From IMG/VR virus record IMGVR_UViG_3300026538_000054, positions 128,285-192,284 of that record: 64,000 nt of DNA; one strand, 5' to 3'. Below are positions 19,918-28,742 of this stretch, one piece after another (the first letter of the stretch is position 1; each line of letters opens with the position of its first letter). The DNA comes from a virus. The notes beneath the pieces were generated by a model. The model ran no database searches. It saw only the letters and a list, made by a program, of their open reading frames with translations, and had not been told where the DNA came from. The translations under genes and the position numbers were made by a program.

Positions 19918-21005
19918 AGCAGATGCTTCCAGCGACTACCACGAACGACGTGCCCAACCGCGCCTTTCCGGACGCCAAGTCGGCGGCATATTTCCGTCTG
20001 CCGAACTCCAGTCGCAGCAAGGGCCCTGATCTCTCGTACCTGCGTCTCGGTGAGCGTGGCCGTCCCGTTACGCTCGCCCTTGGCGGCACCGACGACGGTT
20101 CGTGGCCCTCCGACGTGCTTCCAGGACCGCCCGTTCGCAATCAACTGCACGAGCGAGTCGCTGACGCCGAAGGCCTCGGCAACGTCGTCATGCGTCTCGC
20201 CTGCCGCCACGCGCTCCCTGATCTCGACCACTTGCGACTCGACGAGTTTGGCGTTCCCACCTCGCTCCCCTCGCGCGGTTCTCCCGTGTGTCGCCCGATC
20301 GGCGGCGTTCTCCGCTGCCGTGCCGTAGTAGAGGTTTTCCAGACGGTTGTTCGTCTTGTTTCCGTCGCGGTGGCAGCATTGCTTGTCGGGCGGGCGAGGT
20401 CCGACAAATACGCGCAGGATGATCGCGTGGACGCTGTCGGTTACTTGTCTGCTGTGGCGACACAGGCCTATCCGCTTGTAGCCCTTGCTGTTCGCTTCCC
20501 GCAGTCGTCGCCATCCGTCCTGCCCGTGAGAAGACCAGATAGTCCCGTTGTCCCCGGCAAGATATCCCGGAAAGTCGGGTACGGGCCGATAGGTTACGCT
20601 CGGGTCGAGTCGTTCCTGCTGCCGCTGCTTTCGCTTTTTGCGGCGGGGCTGTCGTCTGGTAGCAACCTGTTTGTCGCATGCGTTCTGTTTCGGCGTGCCG
20701 TAGGAGAGGTTGGACAGGTCGTTATTGCTTCTGTCTGCGTCGGCGTGTCGAACCTCCTGCCCGGCCGGACAAGGCCCCACAAAGGTACGCATGACAAGAC
20801 GGTGTACGAGGTAACCGCGACCGGACAGCTTGACCTGTCGGTAGTTGTGGCTGTCTTTCGGCGGGTGCAGTTGTCGCCAATGACCTCGCATGCGGCTCGA
20901 CCATACGCTGCCGTCGCTACCAGCCATGTACCCAGGCTCGTCCGGTACGTCTCTGTATTCAACCGTCGCGTCAAACTCAGGCATGGCTGTAGCGCCTCCA
21001 GTCAT
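19914..21005 (-). mobile_element. Free-standing homing endonuclease with two NUMOD4-HNH units and two HTH domains
   Basis: YRDVPDEPGY..VHRLV..HADADRSNNDLSNL and YRPVPDFPGY..VHAII..HRDGNKTNNRLENL, then two NAKL/TATL-x-ESQV-type HTH repeats; antisense to the host gene. Confidence 0.85.
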
Positions 21006-21048
21006 TGAGCAGAGTAGTTACCTTATTAGAACTGTAGGAGGCTTGTCT

Positions 21049-22437
21049 ATGCCGGTTGAACAGGGTTCCTGGGTCGTCTCGGCCGGTATCCACGACCGTA
21101 CGCAGTCCCTCTATCGCCTGAGTCACCAGGAACTGGAGAAAAAGCTCGTCTGGGTCTCGCCACCCCCCTGGTTTCTTCTCCGCTGGAACACCGACGACCC
21201 GCCTGTCTTCTCCTACGTAGTCGGCCAGAACGAGTACCAACTACCCGAGAGCATGAAGGGCCAGGCCGTCCTGGACGTGGGCAGCTCTTTCGGCGCTTTC
21301 CTCTTCGCGTGTCATGAAAGAGGCGCGGCGCTGGTTCACTCCTATGAGCCCTGGAAAAAGTCTCTGGCCATCTTGCGACGCAACGTCGAGCAGTTGCGCG
21401 AGAGAGGGACGACGAGAATAGTCGTCTTCGACGAGGCCGTGGGGCCCAGTGACGGCGCCGCGACCTATCACGAGGCGGCGAAGAGGTCCACGGCCTCTGG
21501 TGTAGCACTACCCGCCACGAGCGGTGGGACGCGCATGGTCTCTCTGGACAGGGCCATCGAAAGGCTCTTGACGGGCTCCGGCAAGGACCGTGTCGAGCTG
21601 GTCAAGATCGACTGCGAGGGGGCCGAATACGCGGTCCTGAGGGCCTGCAAGAGCTGGGACAAGGTAGAGCGCGTCGTCATGGAGTACCACCGGGGCCCGC
21701 AGGACCTGCCGGCCTTGTTTCAGGCCAGCGGCTTTGTTGTTTCTACCAAGGTCGATCAGGGGGACAGAGGCCATCTGTACGCCTGGAGAGGGCCGTCGCG
21801 CGCGCCCGCGGTGACTCACGCCAAGCCCATGCCACGAACGCCGCCTGCCTTTTGCATCACTTGCAGCCAGCACCCCGAACGAGGAGAGGCCGCTCTTTCG
21901 CATTTTCGAGAGCAGGGCCTTGACGTCCGGTTCTTCGAGGGGCTCTACGGCCCTGAGCTTGGCGTACGACCGACCAGAGAAGCGACGCCCGGCTACATCA
22001 TGGCGCCCGGCCACACAGGCTGTTTTCTCTCACACACGGCGCTCTGGCGAGCGCTGGCCATGATGAGCTTTGAAGAAGTCTTGATCTTCGAGGACGATGT
22101 TTCCCTTGTCCCTGACTTCAAGACGCGCCTCGCCGAGGCCATGTCCGAGCTCCCTTCCGACTGGCAATTCGTCTACGTCGGCGGGCTGTTCACCGACGCG
22201 GAAGTCAGTGAGAAGCTCTCTCAACGCGTCGGCGTGGTGCGCTACCCGAACGGTACGCACGCTTACCTGGCGAAGAGAGAAGCGATCTTGCACCTGATCA
22301 AGACCAACCAGGAAGCTCGAACGCACGTGGACATTCAGATCTCGCAGAACAGTCTGCCGGCCCTCAAGACCTACGTGCTCGTACCGACCCTTGCCCGCCA
22401 GCACACGGTGGATGGCAACTGGCCCAGCACGACGTGA
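21049..22437 (+). CDS. Propeller C-terminal strands + FkbM methyltransferase + GT25 glycosyltransferase
   Basis: AGGAGG at 21036-41, ATG 21049; GSWVVSAGIHD; LDVGSSFG..KIDCEGAE (FkbM); GCFLSH, IFEDDV, GTHAY (GT25). Confidence 0.8.
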   Translation: MPVEQGSWVVSAGIHDRTQSLYRLSHQELEKKLVWVSPPPWFLLRWNTDDPPVFSYVVGQNEYQLPESMKGQAVLDVGSSFGAFLFACHERGAALVHSYEPWKKSLAILRRNVEQLRERGTTRIVVFDEAVGPSDGAATYHEAAKRSTASGVALPATSGGTRMVSLDRAIERLLTGSGKDRVELVKIDCEGAEYAVLRACKSWDKVERVVMEYHRGPQDLPALFQASGFVVSTKVDQGDRGHLYAWRGPSRAPAVTHAKPMPRTPPAFCITCSQHPERGEAALSHFREQGLDVRFFEGLYGPELGVRPTREATPGYIMAPGHTGCFLSHTALWRALAMMSFEEVLIFEDDVSLVPDFKTRLAEAMSELPSDWQFVYVGGLFTDAEVSEKLSQRVGVVRYPNGTHAYLAKREAILHLIKTNQEARTHVDIQISQNSLPALKTYVLVPTLARQHTVDGNWPSTT

Positions 22438-22560
22438 CAGCCGGGTGAGAGGCCCAACTACCCCTTTTTCCCGGCCCCACTTCGTTCGTGGCGTAGGTTA
22501 TTGTTTATTTCTGTCCGGCGCTTGCCGCGGATGAGGTTACTAGCAAGAGGGGGCGGTTTA

Positions 22561-23103
22561 ATGTCGGAAGGCCTCGTAGCGGCCCTGATTGCAGGGGTAG
22601 CGACACTGGTAACGAGCGTAATTACAGCGGTAATCTTACTGTTAAACGCGAGGCATAAGATAAACCAGGAGAAGGAGGCCGCCGCAGTAGGGCAATATAT
22701 GGAGATCGTGAATAGACAGGAGGAGCAGATCAGGCGACTAAGCCTGCACACTGCGGAGCAGCAGTGCGCCATTACCAGTCTGTACGAGGACCATGCCGAG
22801 TGCCAGGGCCGCCTGGAGGGGATCTACACCTGGATGACTTTGTTCCACACCATGGCTGAGAGAATGGCCAAGGTCTGCAAGGCAGCCGGCCATGACCTGG
22901 GCGAAGTGCCTCCCATGCCTCCCAGGCCGCCATACAGAGAGGCCAAGGCTCGCGCAGAGGCCGTGGCCAGGGAGACGGCCCATAACACGGGCTTGTTGCA
23001 ACAGACCGGTCAGGCGACGCGCGACGCTGTCGCCGTGGCACAGGCCGCGCAACCGCCCGTGGCACAGGCCGCGCAACCGCCCGTGGCCAAGCCCGCGCCC
23101 TGA
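22561..23103 (+). CDS. Holin-like or membrane-anchored coiled-coil protein
   Basis: N-terminal TM (LVAALIAGVATLVTSVITAVILLL), coiled coil, C-terminal 24-bp tandem repeat 23035-23082 (VAQAAQPP x2). Confidence 0.45.
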   Translation: MSEGLVAALIAGVATLVTSVITAVILLLNARHKINQEKEAAAVGQYMEIVNRQEEQIRRLSLHTAEQQCAITSLYEDHAECQGRLEGIYTWMTLFHTMAERMAKVCKAAGHDLGEVPPMPPRPPYREAKARAEAVARETAHNTGLLQQTGQATRDAVAVAQAAQPPVAQAAQPPVAKPAP

Positions 23104-23116
23104 GGAGGGCCTGACA

Positions 23117-23491
23117 GTGCTCATCCTGATAGTCGAGGACCACCCCGTGACTGCTACCTGTCTGGCCGAGTTGCTAGGCCAAACAGGACACAAGACGTTG
23201 ATCGCCCCGGACGTTCGAGAGGCCGAGAAGGTGGTTGATGACTCTCACCCCGACGCCGCCATCATTGACTACTTGTTACCGGGCGGCGACGGCCTCGAGT
23301 GTTTGAAGGCCCTGCGTAAGCGGCCCTTTTTTACCGACGCGCCCGTGGTGTTCCAGACGGCCGTGGGCGACAAAGACCTGACTGACCTGGGCCGGGCCGT
23401 GGATGGCCTCGGTCCTGTCGGTTTTGTCCGAAAGCCGTGCTCGGTCGAAGATATCCTCAAGGCCCTTCGCCAGGTGGGCGCGACGCTGTGA
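23117..23491 (+). CDS. Single-domain response regulator receiver (CheY-like)
   Basis: ILIVED, AIIDYLLPGGDG, VFQTA, FVRKP: acidic pocket, phospho-Asp, Thr and Lys all present; GAGGAGGG upstream of GTG. Confidence 0.85.
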   Translation: MLILIVEDHPVTATCLAELLGQTGHKTLIAPDVREAEKVVDDSHPDAAIIDYLLPGGDGLECLKALRKRPFFTDAPVVFQTAVGDKDLTDLGRAVDGLGPVGFVRKPCSVEDILKALRQVGATL

Positions 23492-23504
23492 AAGGAAGGG
23501 CCTC

Positions 23505-23924
23505 GTGGCCAGGTCCGTTACGCTCACCAGGCAGGCGCAGCAACGAGGCACGGTCTCCGGCCTGACCGCCTACCGCACGGTCGTCACGGCCTCGGGGGCG
23601 ACGGGCGGCTCAGGCGCCGAGAACGAACTGTTCGTCCACGAGAGACTGCCAAGGGACCCTTCAGCGCCGCTGGGCCAGACGGAAGATCGCTTTCTAAGCA
23701 TTGCCACGCCTCTGGACCTGGCTGAGCTGCCCGTCAACGAGCCGAATGCTAACGCCTCGCCCACTTACTTTCGCAAGGCGACCGTCGAGCTCTGGACCAT
23801 CTCTCAAGACGAGGCCGACAAGATCTGGTCCAGCATTCAGAAAGACGTCAAGGCCCTTTTTCTGGCTTTGAAGATCGCCGACTCGTTGACTGACGAGGAA
23901 GAGGCGGAGATCACCGACGATTAG
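23505..23924 (+). CDS. Hypothetical protein
   Basis: GTG 23505 with GGAAGG upstream, within ORF 23403..23924. Confidence 0.55.
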   Translation: MARSVTLTRQAQQRGTVSGLTAYRTVVTASGATGGSGAENELFVHERLPRDPSAPLGQTEDRFLSIATPLDLAELPVNEPNANASPTYFRKATVELWTISQDEADKIWSSIQKDVKALFLALKIADSLTDEEEAEITDD

Positions 23925-23926
23925 AC

Positions 23927-24193
23927 ATGAAGGCCCTGGACGACGACACGCTGTTGGCGCTATCACGAAGGGCGGCCGCTCTGGTGGTCTTCCCTGAGCT
24001 GCGTGCCCTTCATGCCGCGAAGAGCGGGCACTGCTGCCAGGGCGGCGGGGGCCGCAAGCCCTTTGACGAACTCAAGCGGCACTTCGCCTCGTTGAGCACG
24101 GCGAAGCAGCAGGCGCTCAGGGCCCTGCTGGGCGGAGGTCCCGTCCGGGTCTACTACCAGTCGGCCACGGGCGTGAAGTTCGTTGATTATTAG
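23927..24193 (+). CDS. Hypothetical protein
   Basis: 88 aa, 2 nt after the previous stop; followed by an AT-rich intergenic region. Confidence 0.55.
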   Translation: MKALDDDTLLALSRRAAALVVFPELRALHAAKSGHCCQGGGGRKPFDELKRHFASLSTAKQQALRALLGGGPVRVYYQSATGVKFVDY

Positions 24194-24204
24194 TTCGTAC
24201 AGGC

Positions 24205-24232
24205 AACTTAAAACTGCGCCCAAACGTGTCAA
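24205..24232 (-). promoter_or_regulatory. Sigma70-like promoter TTGACA-N16-TAAGTT on the minus strand
   Basis: Reverse complement of AACTTA...TGTCAA; points into the end of the structural operon. Confidence 0.35.
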
Positions 24233-24438
24233 TATAGAGTGCGACCGCCTTAACCAGCGTCTTGCCGTCATGTGCGACTTTTGTCCCGTGGCCCTTGTTC
24301 TTCCTCTCCTTCCGTCCGAGCGATCGTTTCGCTCCAGGACAGAGAGAAAGACAAAGGGCCTCTGGACCAAGGTCGTGCGTGACGGCGGGCCTGGCTAGCA
24401 GTCGCCGACTCTGTGTTCTTTTAGGTATTGTGTATCAG

Positions 24439-24511
24439 AGCCCTCTGCAGCGGGCTAAAAGCTGCAAAAGGTATGGCGACAAAGCCCTCCGCAACGGGCT
24501 GGTTGCTGCGG
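24439..24511. repeat. Two tandem pseudoknot-like elements
   Basis: AGCCC-tc-TGCAGC-GGGCT-aaaa-GCTGCA (24439-66) and AGCCC-t-CCGCAAC-GGGCT-ggtt-GCTGCGG (24483-511). Confidence 0.7.
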
Positions 24512-24532
24512 CAGGTGTCGAAGGAGAACGCC

Positions 24533-24823
24533 ATGGCGATTCGCTACGTCGAAGACAGCTACAAGTCCGAGGGTCCGGTGTGCCATCTCAGCCTGGAGGC
24601 GGACAAGCGGTCCGAGCTGGTGGAGGGAGGCGCGGCCAGGATGATGGCCATGGAGGTGGCACGCAAACACAACTTTCCGGTCGCGGGCCACAGCAGCCTG
24701 CCGACCCCCTACCCAGTGAACGCGCAGGGCGAGATGTCCCAAGGCATCGTAAACGGCACGGAGAAGGTGGCCGCGTACCGCATCAACTACACGCTGCACG
24801 CCGGCCTGTTTGGCGGTCGGTGA
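24533..24823 (+). CDS. Hypothetical protein
   Basis: AAGGAG SD then ATG 24533 (MAIRYVEDSYK). Confidence 0.6.
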   Translation: MAIRYVEDSYKSEGPVCHLSLEADKRSELVEGGAARMMAMEVARKHNFPVAGHSSLPTPYPVNAQGEMSQGIVNGTEKVAAYRINYTLHAGLFGGR

Positions 24824-24831
24824 GCGGCCTC

Positions 24832-24858
24832 AAGCCCTTTGCGGCGGGCTAAAGCCGC
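24832..24858. repeat. Pseudoknot-like element
   Basis: AAGCCC-ttt-GCGGC-GGGCT-aaa-GCCGC. Confidence 0.65.
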
Positions 24859-25459
24859 GAAGCCAATTACGAGCGGCGGCATCAAGGCCTTCCCGTCGGT
24901 CTGGTGGACGGGGCGGAGGAATCAGAAACTCGTGACGCCAACCCTGGAAGAGCTGTCGCCCTTCATCAAGCGACTGGGGCCGTTGCGCGTCAGGTCACTT
25001 TTGCGCCTCGCCCGAAAGGGCCACGTCCCGGACAAAGAGGTGACCGGTGGTCCAGGTCGGCCGCTTGCTCCGGGCGAGGCATTGCTCTTGACAGCAGCGG
25101 CGTTTCTTTCAGCCAAGAAGGCCGTCACCGACGAGCAGCAGCAGTATCTCCTGGAGGAGATCGCGACCTCTCTCGTCGCTCACGGCAACCTACTAGCTGA
25201 GCGCCGGCGGGCAGGGTCGAAGGTCCTTCCCGTTCTGTCTTTGTGTCTGGGAGACAGGCGCCTGGCCTGGCTCCCTGGCAAAGAGGGCGTGCTGGACCTT
25301 CAGACGGGCGAGCACTTGCCGCGGCTCGATGGCCCACCCGTCGAGATCATCCAGTACGACATGGTCGCCCTCTACTTCCTGGTCGAGAAGAAGCTGGAGG
25401 AAGAACGTGCCAAGACCGCCACAGGGGCCACGTCGTCCTGTTCATCTCCTGGCCGATGA
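24839..25459 (+). CDS. Hypothetical protein (start uncertain)
   Basis: 206 aa ORF with plausible composition. Confidence 0.5.
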   Translation: MRRAKAAKPITSGGIKAFPSVWWTGRRNQKLVTPTLEELSPFIKRLGPLRVRSLLRLARKGHVPDKEVTGGPGRPLAPGEALLLTAAAFLSAKKAVTDEQQQYLLEEIATSLVAHGNLLAERRRAGSKVLPVLSLCLGDRRLAWLPGKEGVLDLQTGEHLPRLDGPPVEIIQYDMVALYFLVEKKLEEERAKTATGATSSCSSPGR

Positions 25460-26111
25460 CAACGCTTGCGCCTTGCCTCTTCTCTGCCTGTTTATTGATC
25501 GCTTCGGGACGGAAGGTCTGTCCTGGTCTCCCATCACCATCCACATGGAGCTGAGAGACGAGCTTCAAGAAGAGATCACGAGAAGCAACTTCGACAAGCT
25601 CATGGCCGGCGTGAGAGTAGTCACCGGCAACGATTTCTACAAGTCCCTGCCGGAGTTCCTCCGGCTGTGCCTGGCCCTCTCAGGCGGCCCTCCGGACGGG
25701 CTGATCGCCGACTGCGTCACCTGCGCCGTGGGCATGACGGAGGCCATGCTCATCAACCCGCCGGACGAGCATGATCACTCCACCGAGTTTTCTCCCGAGA
25801 TCAGGGCCTACCTGGGCCACGCCCTGGATCAGGAAGGCATCATGACGCCGCCCGACGTCTTGAAGCTGGCCACGAGAGACAAGGGCGACATGGCGCAGAG
25901 AGCGCGCCACGACTTCGCCGACGACCCGGAGATGTACGCCGCGGTCTTCGGCGTGGAGAAAGAGAAGACCAAAGCCATTGATCAAACGGTCCGGGACCAC
26001 GTGCGACGGCTCCTGAGTCAGCTCAAGGAGCTGCCCCTGGAGAACGGCAATGCCGAAAAAGTGGCGACCAAGTTGCTCGCCAACCTGGATAACATGCACG
26101 ACGAGGACTAG
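25407..26111 (+). CDS. Hypothetical phage protein
   Basis: GTG 25407 after GGAGG within ORF 25329..26111; globular acidic protein. Confidence 0.55.
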   Translation: MPRPPQGPRRPVHLLADDNACALPLLCLFIDRFGTEGLSWSPITIHMELRDELQEEITRSNFDKLMAGVRVVTGNDFYKSLPEFLRLCLALSGGPPDGLIADCVTCAVGMTEAMLINPPDEHDHSTEFSPEIRAYLGHALDQEGIMTPPDVLKLATRDKGDMAQRARHDFADDPEMYAAVFGVEKEKTKAIDQTVRDHVRRLLSQLKELPLENGNAEKVATKLLANLDNMHDED

Positions 26112-26113
26112 AC

Positions 26114-26524
26114 ATGCCCATCGAGATCTACACTTTCGAGGACAACCATGGCAACGCGGCCGGGTGCTTCTCGCCCCAGGGCCCGGCAGAGGCCAGCGAC
26201 TACGCCAGGGAGCACGGGCTACGTGTTATTCGCAACACCTTTGCGTGGGCGGGCTGCGAGGTCCTGGCGGACTTCACGCGGGCCGTCGAGGAAGACATCA
26301 ACCATGACCTGAACGAGCTGAGAAAAGAGGTCGCCGACGAGTTGTTTATGTTCTTCGACCTCGGCGAGGACGACGTCAAGGACACCTCCGGCTGGGAGGA
26401 CGACGGGAACGAGTGGTCGATGAAGGTCTTCCTGGAGAGGGGCGACCAGCCCAGCGAGAAGAAGACCTTCGTCGTGCAGTTCGTGCCGGGCACGACTGAC
26501 GTACTGACCCAGGAGTTGCGTTGA
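26114..26524 (+). CDS. Hypothetical acidic protein
   Basis: Operonic, high-GC3 codon usage. Confidence 0.55.
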   Translation: MPIEIYTFEDNHGNAAGCFSPQGPAEASDYAREHGLRVIRNTFAWAGCEVLADFTRAVEEDINHDLNELRKEVADELFMFFDLGEDDVKDTSGWEDDGNEWSMKVFLERGDQPSEKKTFVVQFVPGTTDVLTQELR

Positions 26525-26540
26525 GCAGTGAGGAAGAAAA

Positions 26541-26999
26541 ATGTCGCAGAAAGACAAAAGCGCCCTGGCCCTGGTCAGGGCGCTCTTCGTTGAGGAAGAT
26601 CAATCAGCGAGGCAGCTCCTGGCGGACCTCTTCGAGGAAGAAGGCGACGAGGTGGCAGCCACCTCGTCGCTGCGGGCGGAGCCCTATATCTGGCGGCTGC
26701 GTTGGGGGCCCAACCCTGACTACGACGACCAGGACAACACCCAAATCGAGTACCACGCGTCCAAGGCCCTGGCTCTGCGCGAGGGGGCCAGGGCGGCCCA
26801 TGAAATGGCACTGGACCACTTCGAGCTCGACCTGGATGACCTGGACGAGCTCGACCCGGATGTAGCGGTGTTCAAAAATCTGGCGGCCCTCCTGGAAGAG
26901 GGTCGCCATCAAGAGGCAATTGATTTATTCGACAACGACCCCGACCTGGGCGACCGCTACGTCTTGTCCGTCGGCATGCGGCTCGTCAACTGCGAATGA
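26541..26999 (+). CDS. Hypothetical protein with LADxxEExG helix (paralog of 52127..52570)
   Basis: LALVRALFVEEDQSARQLLADLFEEEGDE aligns with LATVRSLLLTNDDVARQALADMFEELKDE. Confidence 0.6.
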   Translation: MSQKDKSALALVRALFVEEDQSARQLLADLFEEEGDEVAATSSLRAEPYIWRLRWGPNPDYDDQDNTQIEYHASKALALREGARAAHEMALDHFELDLDDLDELDPDVAVFKNLAALLEEGRHQEAIDLFDNDPDLGDRYVLSVGMRLVNCE

Positions 27000-27005
27000 G
27001 CCTGG

Positions 27006-27986
27006 TTACTCCTCCGTCTCGACGTCGGCGATGGTCTGTCGAGTGCCGGCCGGGAAGACGTCGTAGTCGCCGGCCGGGACGTCCACCGGCGACGCGAACG
27101 TGATTCGTCGGCCCTTGGGGATGGGCCTGGCGAAGCTCAGCCCGAAGACACGACGAGGGCTGGGCGGTGGCGGAGGAGGGGGAGGCGGCGGGACAGGCGT
27201 CACGCTCGGGATGGCATTGATCACCCAGAAGTCCGAGGCCAGGTCGGGGTTAGTGGCGAAGGCGTAGGGGAAGTAGCCGTAGCCCGAGTTGTTCTCGCCC
27301 CAGCCGTTCCAACTGTTCTTGAATTTGAACCTTTGCGTGTGGTCGTCGTAGCCACAAATCACGACGTCGTGGCCTCCGTACACTTGTTCACTACGGCCGG
27401 GCATCGGCACGATCCCGGTCCTCGCCACCTGGTCCGACTCAAAACTGGCGTAAACCGTGAAACCATAGAGGAACGGGAAGCCCGAGGCGATCGTGCCCTT
27501 CATGGTCGCCAGGTCCTGCCTCACTGAGGCGTAGTTCTGGACCAGGCTCCCCGATGCGGCCTGGATGGCCGCGTCGGGTGGCCGCTGGGTGAACTTCGAG
27601 ATGTCGTACGGCCAGAGCGACTCGTCGCAGAAGCCGTACTTGTTTAGTGCCTGGAGCAGCGTACGGTTGTCTACGCCGGAATCTTCGTTCACCGTGCCCA
27701 TGATTACGCGGGTGAAGTAGTAGATGAGCAGCCGCGAGCTAGACGTTACCGGCATGCCCTGTTTCTGCTGGTCGAACATGATCAGCGAATCAACGGCGTG
27801 AGCTCCGCAGCTGCCTAGTGAACTTTGGTCCAGTACTTGCCCCATACCGCTCGTGAGATCGACCGCCGGCGGCAAGGCCGCCATGACGTGGTTGGGCGGT
27901 GCGTATCGGAAGTCGCGTTGATCAGGGCTTTGTTTCCTCCACCCCCCGTAACGGCCGCTGTCTGACAACCTGTTTTTCTGAGGCAT
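27006..27986 (-). CDS. Papain-like (C1A) cysteine peptidase
   Basis: DQSSLGSCGAHA (Gln, Cys), GGHDV (His), KNSW (Asn); likely start ATG 27986 (MPQKNRL); poly-Pro linker and short C-terminal extension. Confidence 0.9.
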   Translation of the reverse strand: MPQKNRLSDSGRYGGWRKQSPDQRDFRYAPPNHVMAALPPAVDLTSGMGQVLDQSSLGSCGAHAVDSLIMFDQQKQGMPVTSSSRLLIYYFTRVIMGTVNEDSGVDNRTLLQALNKYGFCDESLWPYDISKFTQRPPDAAIQAASGSLVQNYASVRQDLATMKGTIASGFPFLYGFTVYASFESDQVARTGIVPMPGRSEQVYGGHDVVICGYDDHTQRFKFKNSWNGWGENNSGYGYFPYAFATNPDLASDFWVINAIPSVTPVPPPPPPPPPPSPRRVFGLSFARPIPKGRRITFASPVDVPAGDYDVFPAGTRQTIADVETEE

Positions 27987-28046
27987 GACGAGCTCCGTTT
28001 GTCCCTGGCGAGCTCGCCATGATAGCGCTTTACGCTCAACCCGGAG

Positions 28047-28742
28047 GTGACTGCCGTGGCCGTCCCTTACCAGCCAGTGATAACGCGCGAGCAGTGGCGC
28101 GCGACGCCAGACCCGACTTACTTGCTGGCCGCCATGTACGACAAGCGAACCCTGTTCGACCTGTCGCGCCCCGTTGACAAAAGACACATTGGTCGGCTGG
28201 CCCTTCCGAGCGACAGGAAATTGCGTCTGTTCGCCTGCGCCGGAGAGCGGTTGATCAAAGCTGTCCGATCGACTGCCCTACGGCTTGAAGCGGTCGCCGA
28301 GCTGGGTGAGAGCCTTGCTGACGGTCTGATTACTCACGACAGTCTTGGAGAGTACGCCTGCTACATGTGCAACGCCACCTGCGCGAAGAACGCGGCTGAG
28401 CTGGTGGCCAGAAACGTCGCGCACAAGAGCGGTCTCCTGGTCGCCTTTCACGACATCATGGGCGACCCCTTCAGCGCCGAGCAGTTCGTTGCTCGTGTAG
28501 GCCTGCAGGCCAACTCGGACGTAAGGCCCCTGGTGAGTTTCGTCAACTGGGAGAACGGGCTGATCGTCAAGACGGCCCAGCACATCTACGAGGCCAAGTC
28601 CTTTGGCGAGCTGCCGGTCCTGGCCGACATGCTGGTAGACGCAGGACAAAGCGAGGGGCCCGAGTTGCTGCAGCACCTTCGCGCCCCTGGGGACCACTAC
28701 AAGGGGTGTTGGGCGCTTGACTGCCTGCTGGGGAAAGGTTGA
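28047..28742 (+). CDS. Gemmata-type 'LADALEDAGC..GCW' family protein
   Basis: RKLRLFACA and ELPVLADMLVDAG..HLRAPGDHYKGCWALDCLLGKG, a family I recognise as expanded in Gemmataceae. Confidence 0.7.
   Translation: MTAVAVPYQPVITREQWRATPDPTYLLAAMYDKRTLFDLSRPVDKRHIGRLALPSDRKLRLFACAGERLIKAVRSTALRLEAVAELGESLADGLITHDSLGEYACYMCNATCAKNAAELVARNVAHKSGLLVAFHDIMGDPFSAEQFVARVGLQANSDVRPLVSFVNWENGLIVKTAQHIYEAKSFGELPVLADMLVDAGQSEGPELLQHLRAPGDHYKGCWALDCLLGKG

Noticed and set aside
19890-21008. 372-aa plus-strand ORF spanning the HNH gene, a possible read-through bridge
   Set aside because: It is the antisense shadow of the HNH gene and is in a different frame from the two halves of the split gene.
19914-21048. 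Group I intron interpretation of the HNH insertion
   Set aside because: The endonuclease is antisense, only ~44 nt of flanking non-coding sequence exists, no P/Q/R/S core is recognisable, and the distal half has its own SD and ATG.
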